Assembly (NCBI GenBank): GCA_013239625.1
Contig: MU053995.1
Coordinates: forward strand, 62,001-126,000
Direction of reading: 5' to 3'
DNA: 64,000 bases
From: Lama guanicoe
Lineage: Eukaryota
Shown: positions 1 through 15,085 of the stretch, one piece after another
How positions within the stretch are numbered: position 1 is the stretch's first letter
Layout: each line of letters opens with the position of its first letter
The notes under the pieces: model-generated
Databases searched by the model: none
The model's input: only the letters and a program-made list of their open reading frames with translations
Told to the model about the DNA's origin: nothing
Translations under genes and position numbers: made by a program

Positions 1-3000
1 TCCTAAAGGCAGCAAGAGAAAAACAGAGTAGTTAAAAAGGAGCCCCCCATAAGGCTTTCAGCTGACTTGTCTACACAAACAATAAAGGCCAGAAGGGAGT
101 GGCAAGATATATTTAAAGTCCTGAATGAAAAAAAGATGCAAACTAGGATACTTTATCCAGTAAGGCTATCCTTTAGATTAGAAGGGGAAACAAAAAACTT
201 CACAGACAAGCAAAAACCAAAAGAATTTAGTAAGACTAAATTTATGCTAAAAGAAAAGTGGAAAGATCTACTCTAAATAGAAAAGAATCAGGATGCTACA
301 GAAAGGGAAAACCATAATTGGAAAGGTGATAACTACAACAAATTATAACAGAATGAACATGAAATTGTAATAGAGGACATCTAAATCATTAATGATGGGA
401 GAGGTGAACAAGAAAATATATTTTTTTTTCTTTCTTTTTTCTTTTTTTTGTTCTCAGGCAGATGAGTTTGAGCTTATATTACTATGTTTAAAACAAACAT
501 ATATAGTAATGTGTTAATATACATACAAGACAGGGTAACCACAAGCCAAATCTTATAACAGAGTCACAAAAACTAAAAAGAAACCAAGATAATACAAAGA
601 AAAAATGCCAAACCACAAAAAGGAAAAGAAAGGAACAAAGAGGAAATACCAAATCAACTACAATACTAAGTTCAAAATGGCAATAAACACACATCTATAA
701 ATAATTACTATAAATGTCAATGGAATAAATGCTCAAATCAAAAGACACAGAATGGCAGACTAGATCAGAAAACAAGAACCTACAATATGCAGCATACAAG
801 AGAACCACTTTAGGGAGAAGGACACACATAAAGAGAGGATGGAAAAGAATATTCCATGCAAATGGAAATGACAAGAAAGCAGGAGTAATAATACTGATTT
901 CAGACAAAGTAGACTTTACAAAAAAAGACATAAAGAAAGATAAAAAAAGACATTACAAAATGATTAAAGGAGCAATAAAGGATAAGGATATTACACTCCC
1001 TAACATGTATGCACCCAATATAGGAGCACCTAAATACATAATCAAATACTAACAGATATAAAGAGAGATATTGATGGGAATACAATCATTGTAGGAGACT
1101 TTAACACTCCATTAACAACAGTGGACAGATCTTCCACACAGAAAATTAATAACAGAACAGAGAAATTAAATGATACAATACCTCAATTAGACTTGGTTGA
1201 GATTTTCAGAACAAGATGTCTCCCCAAGTAGAATATACATTCTTTTCAAGTGCACATGGAACATTTTCTAGAATAGATCATGTATATGGCACAATAGAAG
1301 CCTCCACCAATTTAAGAAGATAGAAATTATTTCAAGCATCTTTTCTGACCACAATGCCATGCAACTAGATAGAAATTAACTACAGAAAAACAAAGGAGAA
1401 AAAAAGGAGATTAAACAACATGCTACTAAAATACCAATGGGTCAATGATCAAAGAAGAAATTAAAAAATACTTTGATACAAATGACAACCCCTCAAAATC
1501 TATGGGATGGAGCAAAAGCAGTCCTAAGAGGGAAGTACACAGTGATACAGGCCTTCATCAAAAGAGAAGAACAATCTCAAATAAACAGTCTAACTTACCA
1601 ACTAAAAGAATTAGAAACAGAAGCACAAACAAAACCAAAAGTTAGCAGAAGGAAGGAAATAATAAAGATCGTGGAGGAAAAAAAAAAGAGACAGATTTTT
1701 AAAAATAGAAAAAATCAATCAAGCTAAGAGCTGGTTTTTTGAAAGAGTAAACAAAATTGACAAACCTCTGGCCAAGTACACAAAGAAGAGAAAACAGAGA
1801 GCACAAATAAGCAAAATAAGAAAGGAAAATGGAGAAATTATAACCAATACCACAGAAATACAAAATATCATATGAAAATACTATGAAAAACTATATGGAA
1901 ACAAAATGGAGAACCTACAAGAAATGGACAAATTTCTGCAAACATACAGTCCACCAAGACTGAATCAAGGGGAAATCGACCACTTAAACTATCCAATCAC
2001 TAGAAATGAAATCAAATTAGCAAAAAAAAAAAAAAGAAAAACAACAAACAAAACCCTCCCTACAAACAAAAGTCCAAGACTGATGGATTCATAGGGTAAT
2101 TCTACCAAACATACAAAGATCTCATACCAGTCCTTCTCAAATTCTTCCAGAAGATTGAAAAGGAAGGAGTATTCCCAAACTTGTTCTATGAAACCACCAT
2201 CCACCTGATACCAAAAGCAAAGACACTACCAAAAGGAGAATTACAGACCATTGTCATTGATGAACATAGATGAAAAATCCTCCACAAAATATTAGCAAAC
2301 AGAATCTAACAGCACATAAAAAAGATCATACACCATGATCAAGTTGGGTTTACCCCAGGAACACAAGGATGGTTCAACATATGCAAATCAAACGATGTAA
2401 TACATCACACCAACATGAGAAAGGACAAAAACTACATGATCATCTTATTAGATGCAGAAAAAGCATTTGCTAAAATTCAACACCTATTTATGATAAAAAC
2501 TCTCAACACAGTGGGTATAGAGGGAATATATCTGAACATAATAAAAGCTATATACGGCAAACCTACAGCCAGCAATACTCAATGGTGAAAAATGGAAAAG
2601 CTTCCCATTAAAATCTAGGACATGGCAAGGATGTCCACTCTCACCACTCCTATTCAACATAGTTCTTGAAGTCCTAGCCACAGCAATCAGGCAAGAGAGA
2701 GAAATAAAAGGGATCCAAACTGAAAAAGAAGAGGTAAAATTGTCACTATATGCAGATGACAAGACACTATATATAGAAAACCATAAAAGGTCCACACAAA
2801 AACTACTAAAACTAATTGAAGAATTCAGCAAGGTACCAGGTTTCAAGATTAACATTCAAAAATTAGTTGCATTTCTATACACTAATGATGAATCAACAGA
2901 TAAACTAAGGAAACAATCCTTTTTAAAATAGCACCCAAAGTAATAAAATACCTAGGAATAAATCAGACAATACTACAGAGTAATTAAGACTGCATGGTAC

Positions 3001-3240
3001 TGGTGCAAAAAGAGACATATGGACCAATGGAACAGAATAGAGAGCCCAGAAAGAAACCCGCAAACTTTTGGTCAACTAATCTTCGACAAAAGAGGCAAGA
3101 AAATACAAGGGAATAAAGACAGTCTCTTCAGCAAATGGTTTGGGGAGAACTGGACAGCAGCATATAAATCATGGAAGCTAGAATATTCCCTTAAACCATA
3201 AACAAAAATAAACTAAAAATGGATCAAAGACTTAAACATA
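1..3240 (+). mobile_element. LINE-1 (ORF1 C-terminus plus ORF2 EN/RT), degraded, 3'-truncated
   Basis: ORF1 end KARREWQDIFKVL...RILYP; ORF2 from about 678 (AGVIILISDK, YAPNIGAPKYI, SLYADD); internal deletion near 2963. Confidence 0.95.
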
Positions 3241-3388
3241 TATTAAAAGAATATATGGCTAACATCAGACTCAATTTGTGATAGATTGAAGATTTTCCTA
3301 AATTACCAAGAATAAGAGTATGCTCACTTTTACCTCTTCCACTCAAATGATATTGGAAGTCTTAGGGCAAGACAGCAAAAATAATAAA

Positions 3389-3487
<99 letters not shown>

Positions 3488-5580
3488 ATATAAATTTTTT
3501 AAAAAAGCAAACATTTCTTCTTTCATTTGACATAATTTCACTTGTAGTGAAATATACCCTAAAATTTCACCCAAAAAGGACTCATAAAGCAAAATGCAAT
3601 ACAAAATAAAATTTCCTCCAAAATTTATTTCTATATGCAAACAATGGCCAATAACACAGTAAATAAGACAATAATTTTATTTATAATATCATCAAAAAGA
3701 ATAAAGTACTTGAGAGTAAAATTAACCAAGGATGTGAATGATGTAAAATGAAAACTATAAGAATTTGCTGAAAGAGATTAAAAAGACATAAACAGATCTC
3801 CATATTTGTGGATTCAAAGACCTAATATTGTCAGGATACCAATCATAACAATATTCAATTTAGATTCAATGCAATTTAGTCAAAGAAGTTTTTGTAGAAA
3901 TAAAAAGTTTATTCTAAAATTCATAAGGAAGCTGAAGGAACCCCAAATTGGCAAACAGTCTTGAAAAAGAACAAAATTTTAGGACTCACGCTCTCTGTTT
4001 TAAAATTTACTATAAAGCTACAGTATTCAAAACAGGTATGACTGAGATAGCAACAGACATAGACCAATGGAATAAAATAGCGCATAAATAAACTCTCTTA
4101 ATATAAGGCCAAATATTTTTTAACAGTAGTGTAAAAACCATTCAATGGGGGGAGGTGGGGAAGTCTCAACAAATGATGTTGGGGAAACAGAATATCCACA
4201 TGGATTAAAAAACATAAATTTAGGCTATAGGTAATATTATTTTTAAGTGAATGAGAGATTAAAATATAGGAAGTAAGATCATAAGTCTCTAGAATGAAGA
4301 CAAAAGGGAACGCCTTCATGACATTAGATTTGTCAGTGATCTCTTGGACATGACATCAAAAGCAAATGAAATAAAGGAAAATTAGATAAATTATATTACA
4401 TCAAAGGTAATGCACATTTCTTTGCATCAAAGTGTACTATCAACAGACTGAAAGACAAACTAAGGAAGGAATGGTACCAAATATTTGGAAACCATTCAAC
4501 TCACAAGGGATTAATTACCAGACTATATAAATACAGCTACAGCTCAAAAATGAAAATGAAACATACAACCCAATTTTAAAAGGGTCAAAAAGTTGAATAG
4601 ATAGATATTTCTCTAAAGAAGATACATAAATATTCAATAAACTTATGTAAAAATACTCAGTATCACTAATCATTAGAAAATACTCAATACCACTTATCAT
4701 TAGGGACATGCAAATTACAATAACCACTTTACAGCCAGTAAGATGACTATTATCAAAAGAGAGAAAAAGAGAGACAAGGTAGAAAGGAGACAGAAATGAA
4801 GGGTGGAAGGAAGGAAGGGATTGGAGAAGGGAGGAAAGGAGAGAGGCAGAGCAGGAGGGAAAGTGCATAAAGAAAGAAAAAGAAAACCTTAAGTTTTGTG
4901 TGGACGTGAAGTTATTAGAATTCTTGTACATAGCTGGTGTGAATGTAAATTCTGCAGTCACTGTTGAAAATGCTATGGCAATTCCTACAAAAATTAAGTA
5001 GAAATATTATATGATCCAGCCATTTCATTTCTGATATATGATCTAAAACTTAAAGTAAGAACTTAAAAAGATATTTGTATACTCATCCTCATAGCCATAT
5101 CATTCACAGCAGCCAAAAAAAGGAAGTAACTCAAATTGCTTCATTAACAGCTGAATAAATAATTAAAATGTAGCATATACATACAATAAAATACTCATTC
5201 AGCCTTAAATGGAAAAGAAATTTTGAAACATGCTATAATATTGATGAACTATGCTGTCTGCAACATTGATAAACTATGTGAAACAATCCAGTCACAAAAG
5301 ACAAATAATGTATGATACCAGCTATAGCAGGTACAAAGAATAGTTAAAATTGTAGATACAGAAAGCGGAATGTTTGTGGCTAAGGGCTTGGAGAGGGTTG
5401 AGGGGGTAGGAGGTTAGTATTTAATAGGTGCAGGATTTCAGTTTGAAAACATGAAAAAGCTCTGAGAATGGATATTATTGATGGTTGTAGAACAATGTGA
5501 ATATACTTAATGCCACAGACTACATATTATAAAAACTAGGTAAAATGGTAAATTTTATGTAATGTATATTTACCAAGATA
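3241..5580 (+). mobile_element. Older LINE-1 (L1M-type) 3' ORF2 and 3' UTR
   Basis: Diverged L1 motifs and a typical L1M 3' end (gatggttgtagaacaatgtgaatatacttaatgccac). Confidence 0.85.
3389..3488 (+). repeat. Compound microsatellite (TAAG)8(CAAG)6(TAAA)11
   Basis: Counted directly. Confidence 0.97.
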
Positions 5581-5969
5581 CATAATGGAATTCAAGACAT
5601 TTTTCTAATTCACGTAAAAAATTCAGAATTATAAGAAACTATATTTGATTTTTTTCAATATTCATATATGGTGATCATATACTGAGTAATACTTCTGCAT
5701 CTGACAAAGTATAAAGAAAGCAAAATTTTCCTGGCTTTGAATTTCCAAAGTATTTATTTAAAATTTTAACACAATTGGAATTATAACTATTGTTCCAATT
5801 AATGAATTAATATTTCTTCACTATTATTTTAGATACTAGATACCCTTGGAATGAATAATATAAGATCAATACCCCAGAGAATATGAAAAACTTATTTATA
5901 AAATTATTTACATTAATATCCATTTTTATCTAGTTGTAAAGGGAAAAATGCAAATTATTTTTCTTCCTA

Positions 5970-6810
5970 TGTGGGGAAAATAAAACAGTTCTTTCTCACT
6001 ATGATTTTCTTTCCTATGTGTCTCCTGTATGTTAATTTTACTACTCATGCTGAATGCTTCACGTCTGACATTTATGATCACCAAAAATGTGGAGGTTTTA
6101 CCCCACAGCCAACAGTTCTATGAGACACAGGATGGGGGTCCTACAATTTAACTCAATTTTGACACTATATACTTGAAGATAGAGTCACATCCCACAGATT
6201 AAGGGTTCAGTCTCCTAAGACTATCTCCCTATCCCAAGATCATCATTTCAGATGAGTCACAAGCTTAGGTTATCACTTATGCTTCTGTCCAAACAACTGT
6301 AGACAAAATGTTCCAATGACCCCATCTTGGGTTTGAATTTGCTAGAGCAGCTCACAGAACTGAGAGAAATGCTTAACTTTTGCTTACCAGTTTATTAAAA
6401 GATATAATAAAGGGTAAGATGAACAAAGAGATACACAGAGCAAGATCTAGAAGGGGGCTTAGTCCAAGAACTTCTATCCCTATGGATTTTGAAGATGCAT
6501 TCTGGTGAAGATGCATTCACATATTTGGAAACTCTCCAAAACTCTGTAGTAGGAATTTTTAATGCAGATATCCTCATATATGTATGATCAATTCTTAACT
6601 CTGTTTCCCACCCCTGTCCCCTCTCTGAAGGATGTGTGGTGAGGCTGAAAATTACAAGTTTCTAAGCATGCTTTTATCTTTCTAGTGGCTAGCTTCTATA
6701 TATCCAAGAGCCCTTCCAGAGTAGTTTCAGTAGAACAAAAAATGGTTCTATCATTCTTATTACTTAGGAAATTACAAGAGTTTTAGAATTTCTGTGCTGG
6801 AACTGAGAAA
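5970..6810. mobile_element. MER21-like solo LTR
   Basis: tgtggggaaaa...gtcctacaatttaactcaattttgacact...cccacagattaagggttcagtc resembles the MER21 consensus (from memory). Confidence 0.65.
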
Positions 6811-7275
6811 ATTGGGAACAGTTACGTTAAAATTATGTAAAACTATTTCACAATAGTTAATTAATGATTCATTAGTCATAAACATTTGTAGAGAGAAGAC
6901 TATTATCAAGCTTTACATATTAAAACTATGTGGAAAAAACTGGTGGTAAATGAACATAGATATTCAATGTATACCTCATTTACCTAAGGAAATAAAATTT
7001 TGTTGAACTTGAGATCTGATTATAATGACACATGTAAGTAATAAAATTGTAGAGGATTACTGAACTCTTTGAAAGAAAAGGGAAAAGATTATATTTAGAT
7101 AAAATTGCAAGATAGCCTTACTCCTTTTGTTTCATTACATGTAAATATTCATGTCTTAAAAATTGACTGCAGCAGGATGCAAAGATAATTGACTTCTTCC
7201 TTTAATTGTAGTTATTTCTTTATTCGTGTCAGCTCTTAAAACGATTGCACATTTGTAATGATTAATAATGCAAAA

Positions 7276-8125
7276 TGGAAGTGGGGTCAAGATAGAGAAG
7301 TAGGAAAATTATAAGCTTTCCTCCTCCAATAAATACATCAACTTTAACCACATAGAAAACAGTTTTCTCTAAGAATAATTTGAGGACTAAAAAAATGGCC
7401 ACCCAGAATATGAGGGAGTTATCACACTCAGGGCACCCTCTATAATAAGTAAAGATTTTTAGCCCCACTTTGGGCACCCATGATCTGGGATCCAGTACTT
7501 GGAAGATGAGCACATCTGGCTGGTTTTGAAAATCAGTATGTAGGGCTTGCCAGAGAGCTGTAGGAAACTGAGACTCAGTTCATTAAAAGCACTCCCAGTT
7601 CCTATGAGATGTAGCAGACTGAAAATTTCCTCTGATCTAGCTGCCATCTAGGACCACCCTAACAGTCTCCCCACCACAACCAGTAGCCCACACCAGTCTC
7701 TAGATCTATCCCCTTTGGCTCGACCCCACCTACCACTAAGGTAGTGATGACCATTGCTCCACAGGAGAAGTCACAAGTTAGTTTGGGTTCCAGGACTACA
7801 CTCTCTGACTACCCCTCTGGTCAAGGTGACCAACCAGTGACCCAGGAAGAAGTCAAGTTTCCTGGTTGCTTCAGATGTAGCTCTCTCACCAAAGCAACTG
7901 GGCACATGCAGACTTCATAGGGATGCTCCCACACAATGATACACCTTCAAGATTAGGATATATAACTTATTTGATAGAGATAGAGAAAGTTAAAAAAAAT
8001 AGAATATTCCCAAAAATATCATCATAAGGCAGAAATAATCTTTTTACATGATAAACTATTAAGAGCAATGGTCATAAAAATATTTGCTAAACTAAGTAAA
8101 AGAATAGAGGGACACTGTGAACTTC

Positions 8126-8157
<32 letters not shown>

Positions 8158-10042
8158 AAACTAGAATCTATTTTAAAAAAAGAACCAATCAGACCTGAAG
8201 AATATAAAAACTTCAACTAAAAATACACTAGACAAGATTAACAGCAGATTGAGCAACACTGAAGAGTGTATGGGAAATTTGCAGACAGAGTAGTGGGAAT
8301 CACCCAATTAGAAGAGAGAGAGAAAAAAAATAGCTTAAGAAACCTCTGGAGCAACATCAAGCTTACTAACATTTGTGTTATAGGAGCCCCAAAAAGAGAC
8401 AAAGAGAAAGAGCACAGATGGTACCCCTCCAAATGGCTGAAAAGTCCCCTAACCCAAGGAAAGAAATAGATATCCAGGTCCAGGGATCTCAAAGAGTCCC
8501 AGACAAGAAGGGTCTAAAGAGATCTACATCAAGACATATTATAGTTAAAATTGCAAATGTTAGAGATAAGACACAATTTTAAAGATAGCAAGAGAAAAAA
8601 AAAGAGTCACATACAAGGGAATCCTCATAAAGGTATCTGCTGATTTTTCAACAGAAACTTTGTGGACTAGTAGGGGGTGGCATGGTATACTTAAATGGAT
8701 GAAGAAAAAAAAAATATGACAACCAAGGATACTCTACCCAGAAATGATATCATTCAAAATAGAAGGACAGATAAAGACTTTCCCAGTAATGCAAACACCC
8801 AAAGCATACATCATTAGTAAAATAACTTTACAAGAAATGTTCTAAAGTCATCTTTAAAAGAAAGAGAAAAAATGTATAACAAGAAATAAAAACAAGTGTG
8901 TATAAAAAAATCATACTGGTAAATGTAAATGTACAGTAAGGCAAAGGATGAAGGGTCAACCCCTTTAAAAAAAACTGCTAAAAAGGTTAAGACAACAATT
9001 GTAAAATCAACTACAACACAATAAACAGTTAAGGCATCCAAAAAAGGGATAAATATGACATCAAAAACATAAAACATGATTGGGGAGTAAACAGTATAAA
9101 CCACAAACCAAAATCTCAAATCAAAAACCTACAATACATACACAAAAACAAAGAGAAAGAAACCTAAACTACACACTAAAAAATATTATGGGATCATGAG
9201 GGTAGAGTCCAAAAGAAGAAGAAAAGATTAGAAAAGAATTACAATACAGCCAGAAAGCAAGTATGAAAATAGCAATAAATACACAGCTAACAATAATTTC
9301 TTTAAACATAAATTGATTAACTGCTATAATCAAAAGACACAGAGTGACTGAATAAAGGAACATAAATATACTGCCAAGAAGAGAATCACTTCAGGGTAAA
9401 AGTCACACAAAGGCTGACAGTGAGAGAATAGAGTTATTCCTTGCTGGAAATTAACAGAAAGCTGGAAAGCAATATTTATATCAGACAAAATGATTTTAAA
9501 ACACAGTACAAAAAAAAGATAATGAAGGAATATAACTATTGCAAATGTATATGCACCTAAGATAAGAACTCCTATACATAAAGTAAATATCAACAGACAT
9601 AAAGGGAGATTATAATAATACAATGATAATGGAAGATTTAGTATGCCACTTACATCAATGAATAGATTCTCTAAACAAAAATTCAATAAGGAAAGTGTGC
9701 CATAAGTGATATTTTGGCCAGATGATGAACTTAATAGACATCTATAGAACATTTTATCCAAAGCAACAGAATACACATTTTTTTCCAAAGGTACATGGAA
9801 CTTTACTTAGAATAGATCACAAGCTAGGCCACAAAGCAATGTAAACAAATTTAAGAAGATTAAAATCATATTAAGCATCTTTACTGATCACAAGTATGAA
9901 ACTAGAAACCATTACAGGAAGAAAACTGGGTAAAAAACAAAAAAATGTGGAGATTAAACAACATGCTACTGAAAAATCAGTGGGTGAACAAAGAAATCAA
10001 AGAGGAAATAAAAAATACATTGAAACAAATGAAAACAGAAAT
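7276..10042 (+). mobile_element. LINE-1 5' part (5' UTR, ORF1, ORF2 endonuclease), degraded
   Basis: ORF1 fragments LRNLWSNIKLTNICVIG and RHIIVKIAN; EN motifs. Confidence 0.88.
8125..8157 (+). repeat. (CAA)11 microsatellite
   Basis: Counted directly. Confidence 0.95.
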
Positions 10043-11369
10043 CCCAGCTTGCTTACCCTAGTTTGTCCATTTCTTCTTATGGAATCTACAGTTAAGGCTC
10101 TGGGCCATGCTTTCCCCCTACTCCCATTGCCTCCTGAGTGACCCTAGTCTTTTCTTGTGTGTCCCTGTAAGGTATTCATGCTTCTTGTCTCTAGGGATCA
10201 ATAGTCATTTCTGTGTTGGTGCATTTTACTGTAGTTAATTGAAACAAATCCTAACACATTAAAAAAGTCACAAGTTTAGTTGCCATTTACTTTGTTTTTA
10301 CGATATTTTGTATTGCCAGAACAGAGACTTGCTGAGTTATTTCAAGTAGCTGAAATAATTATTACATAGTTACAAGTGAACTCATTTATATGGAGATAAA
10401 CAACTTAGGCCCTGAGAGAATTAGAACATCACACTAGCCCAGATACAGAGGGAGCCCAACGCTGCAAAATGACTTTTTTGTAACACCATACATTCTTAGG
10501 GCTCTACAGACTGAAATTCTCTATTTATTGTTGTCTCAATATCTTTCTCTGGGGTGTGTACCCCCCTCCCTCCCACTCCTTCCCCCCAGCTCTGCAAATA
10601 TTTTCCGTTCTTCAATTCCCTCTCTTCCTTTCCTTGTCCCCACTAAAGTCTCTCTTCTGTTCTACTCTCCTAATCTAAATTGTTTCTCCTATTTTTATTA
10701 CCTACTTTTTCTTTCCTGTCTGCTCTGAAATATCTTCTCTTGATTTTCACTTTCCCTCATGGTTTCTGCTCATTTGTGTTTTATCTGCCTCCTAGTTTCT
10801 GTTCTGTTCTATTTCTACCAATATTTCCTTGTATACATGCTTTATTTTATAACTTGTAACATTATAGTTACTTTTATAGTCTTTCAGCTAATCTTAGTGC
10901 CTTTGGAACTAGGTGTGATGTGCATTTATTTCTTTTTGTATCATAGTGATTGAAGCTGAATCATACCTACTTGCTTCATTTTTGTTGGCTACCTGTCATA
11001 ATAATAATTGCCTGTTATTGAGTATCTGTTATATATCTGAGTTTGCTGATTACTTTCCACATATTTATGATGCCTGCATACTCTTAGAAAAGGTTTTTAC
11101 TCCTTTTCCTGTAATGAAACCATTCTTTTCACAAACTAAATTACTTGGTTTTTGTCACAGTTGGAAATGGAAGATTTAAAAATTGCTATTTTTTTTTTAA
11201 ATGCTTGAGTATCTGCATACATATCTGCAGATGGTAGCAAGATGCCTGCATCAGTTCCAGGCACATTGAAATAGGACATTAACCAGAAAAAGAAGTACAG
11301 GCCATCTCTTCCTTTCTCCTTCTTAGCAGTAGATTTTCCCATTGAAGTACAAGCCCAGCTATAGCAATA

Positions 11370-12310
11370 AGGCAAGATAAAAAAATAAAACTTTTAAGAT
11401 ATAAAATAAATATACAAATATCAGTTGAACATTGTGCATACAATATATATTAGTGTGTATTTATTGTATTTCTACACACTAATAATGAAATATTTTAAAG
11501 AACAATAAAGAAAACAATTCCATTTACAACAGCATCAAAACAAGAAAATAATAATAAACTTTATCAATAATGTGAAAGATTTATCTACTGAAAACTCTAA
11601 GTCTTTGATGAAAGAAATTGAAGACACAGATAAATGGAAAGATATCCAGTGTCCCTGGAGTAGAAGAACTAATATTGTTCAAATGTCCATAGTATCTAAA
11701 GCCAGGTATATATATAATATATACAAGGAAATCTGTAACAAAATTCCAATGGTATTTTTCACAGAAACAAAAATTCTAAAATTGGTATGGGACTATAAAA
11801 GACACCAAATAGTTAAAGTACATTTGAGAAGAAGGAATAAAGTTTGTGACATGATACTTCCCTGATTTCAAACTATGTTACAAAGGTATAGTAATCAAAA
11901 CATTATGATGTTGGCATAAAAATGGACATATAAGACCAATGGGACAGAATGGCAAACCCTAAAATAAACTCATTCATAGGCAAGAGGCAGATGGAAAGAT
12001 GCTTAACATCACTAATCATCAGGGAAATGAAAATCAAAACCATAGTGGTATAGCACCATGTACCTGCTAGAAGACCACTATCAAAGAAGGAAGAGATAAT
12101 AGATTTGGCAAGGGTGTGGGGGAAAAAGGAAACCGGTGTACTGTTTGTATTTAAATTGGTAGATACATTTGGAAAACAGTACAGAGGTTCCTCAAAAAAT
12201 TGGAAACAAAACTGCATCCATTCCAATTCTGGGGATATATCTGAAGGAAATGAAATTACTATATTTACCCTCAAAGAGGTATCTTTAACCCCTATCTTTA
12301 CTGCTGGTAA
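11370..12310 (+). mobile_element. LINE-1 ORF2 3' fragment
   Basis: KSLMKEIEDTDKWKDIQCPW..RTNIVQM. Confidence 0.88.
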
Positions 12311-13124
12311 AAAGGATATCACAAGTGCACATGATGTACAATTCCCTCAAAATAAAAACTTGAATTAAATATTTTTCTGACAGTGATTAAAAATGAGTAA
12401 AAACATTGGTGTTAATAATAGAAGATATACACACTCCACCAGGTATTAGGTGGATGACACCTCTGGTATCACCATCAAGATAAACCACACACGGTATCAG
12501 ATTGGCTTAGTGTTGTTTGTGTCCCATGGCATTGTATTATGGATAAGGGAATGAAGTTGAATTTCAGAACATTTTCATTTGCACTGATTGTTTGCATCAA
12601 AAAACTTTGCAAATGTAGGTGAATATGTATACTTATATAGCTAAGATTCATCAGCATTCCACCTAAAGGAGTAAACCAGATTTCATAGGGAAATTTTGTA
12701 ACCAGATGTATAAAAAAGGATTGGATAACTTGAATTTATTTATATAAGGCATATTTCTAGGAGATAAATATAAGAGGAGATTATTAATAAAAAAAATAGG
12801 AAAGCTATAGCAGAAAGAGGGTAACAGTATAAGCAGTATACTTATATTATAGTAGAGTATAGTAGAAATAGAAAGCAAATGTATTAAGTTTAATTCCTCT
12901 AGGACCAAAATAATTGCATTTATACTTCCATCATAATGTTTTGAGCATAATTGGCATTTAAAGAGAATGTGATAAAGGCTGTAATACAGAAACAAGCTCT
13001 GTCAATAGGGTCAGCACATCAGATGTAAGCATTGCTTTTGCTTTCTCAGTCAGCTTCATCATGCTGAATTTGGACAATAGCTCATCATAATGGTTCAATA
13101 TTAGAGACTGGTGTCTGGGAATAA

Positions 13125-13315
13125 ATTCCAAAAGGAAACCATACTTTACTAGCTGCCTAACTTCTGATAAGATACTTAGCCTTTATATGCCTCAGTGCTT
13201 TCATCTGCAAAATGTAGATAAACTAGGCTTTTTTTCTGAGAATTAAAACAAATTAATGCTTGTAAGCTTTTAGAATAGTACATGGCACATAATCAGCATC
13301 TTGGAATAGTTGTGG
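13125..13315. mobile_element. MIR SINE fragment
   Basis: gcctcagtgctttcatctgcaaaatg core; agaatagtacatggcacataa. Confidence 0.65.
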
Positions 13316-13559
13316 GGTTTTTTTAATATAAAAGAATTAAAAGAACTGAGCCAATTTTTCACACACTTAAATGAGTAAAACTGACTAAGACAGACAGAAA
13401 CCTCTTTGAGCTGCAAAATGAAAGCATTTAATCAGGTTCAGTAACAAAATTTTCTATGTGAATTAAAATATATATGTATTAACCTATGTGTATAAATATA
13501 GAAATATCATTTGAAAATCTATCATTTGAGAATTGTCATATACTTCTGCACTGTCTTTG

Positions 13560-15085
13560 CAAATTGCATATCTGATAAGACGATGATATCCAAAAGAATA
13601 TTAGAAACTCAAGCAACTTAGTATTAAAATATATTTATTTTAAAATAGGCAGAAGACCTGAGTAGACATTTTCCCAAAGAAAATAAAATAGATAGCCAAT
13701 AACCAGAGATGTCCAACAGTGCTAATTATTATAGAAATGCAAATCAAAACCACAATGAGATAACATCTCACACCTGTCAGAATGGATATCCTCAAGGCAA
13801 GTGATACGCATTTCAGAAAATGTAGAGAAAAGGGAATCCTTGTATACTACTTTGGGGACTTAAATTGGTGCTAACTCTGTTACTGAATCTCAGCCTCCAT
13901 ACCCTGATTATAGAATTGAGACTCAAGGAGAGAGTTTTGGATGAAGTAGAAAAGGCAGCTTTATATCTTTGTCAGGCAATGGAGATCTCAGTGAGCTAAT
14001 GCCTCTAAGACTGAGAGCCTCCTGCGGTGAGTATATTTAGGAGGTTTTATTAAAAGTTCAAGTGAGATTCCATAGAGATCAACAAATCATTGCAATGTTA
14101 TTCTTGTTTTTGCAGATGCAGTGATCCCCTTCCTTTTCCTGGGCATGATGTTTAACAGTGGCTTTGGGTATCAATGACCCATATCTCCTAATATTCTTGT
14201 ACCTAGAACAAAGGGTGTTTAGGAACAGGATCTATGGGGAAATGCTCTAAAGAAAAACTTGTATAATTTAAAGTTATATTGACATATCTTTCTGTTATTG
14301 AGGTAGGCTGAGACCTGAGACCCCTTGCTGCCGCACCTTCATAGGCTGGAACCTATACTTTAAGCAAGAAAAATATAAAGAAACCAAAAAGAAATAAAAA
14401 TAACTATATGTGCAGTTGAAGTGAGTTATGAACAAGACACAGCAAATGGAAAGCCAACTTCTTGAGATGCTGGGAGCAAAAGTACGGTACTATGCATGAT
14501 CTCTGCATGCAGTATTATGAGATGGTTGGGAAAGCCACTCAAGCCCTCCTCTTCTCCAGCCTAACTCTGCTTAGCAAGCGCATGAGAAAAGCCAACCAAA
14601 GTATTATACAATTAAGGAGTTACAAATACCAGATGTAGCAATTTGTATGAACCTCAAGAGCACTTTGTTAGGTAAAATAAGTCAGACAGAGAAAGATGAA
14701 TACCATGTAATCTCACTTCTATGTGAATTCAAAAATAAACAACAGGAAAAATAGCTCATAGATACAGAGATGAGGCTTGAAGGAGCTGGGTGCATGAAAT
14801 GGACAAAGGGAATTAGAAAGTACAAGCTTCCAGTCAATAATAATGTTGATTATGTAATGTACTGCATGTTGACTATAGTTAATAACACTGTACTATGCAC
14901 TTAAAGATTGCTAAGAGGGTAAATCTTAAAAGTTCATTACAAGAAAAAATTTATAATAATGTACAGTGATAGAAGTTAGCTTAGGATTTTTATGGTAATC
15001 ATTCATGGTGCATACAATTATTGAATCATTATATTATTCACTTGAAACTAATGTAATGTTATATATCATTTATATCTTTAAAAAA
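13560..15085 (+). mobile_element. L1 3' end interrupted by LTR-like inserts (about 13878-14600)
   Basis: L1 3' motifs on both sides; TG-starting LTR-like segments at about 13878 and 14293. Confidence 0.65.

Noticed and set aside
3330..3640. Leu/Tyr/Ile-repetitive hydrophobic ORFs
   Set aside because: Translation of the microsatellite
10041..10200. Possible ERV1 LTR fragment after the L1 break
   Set aside because: Too short and diverged to assign without a library search
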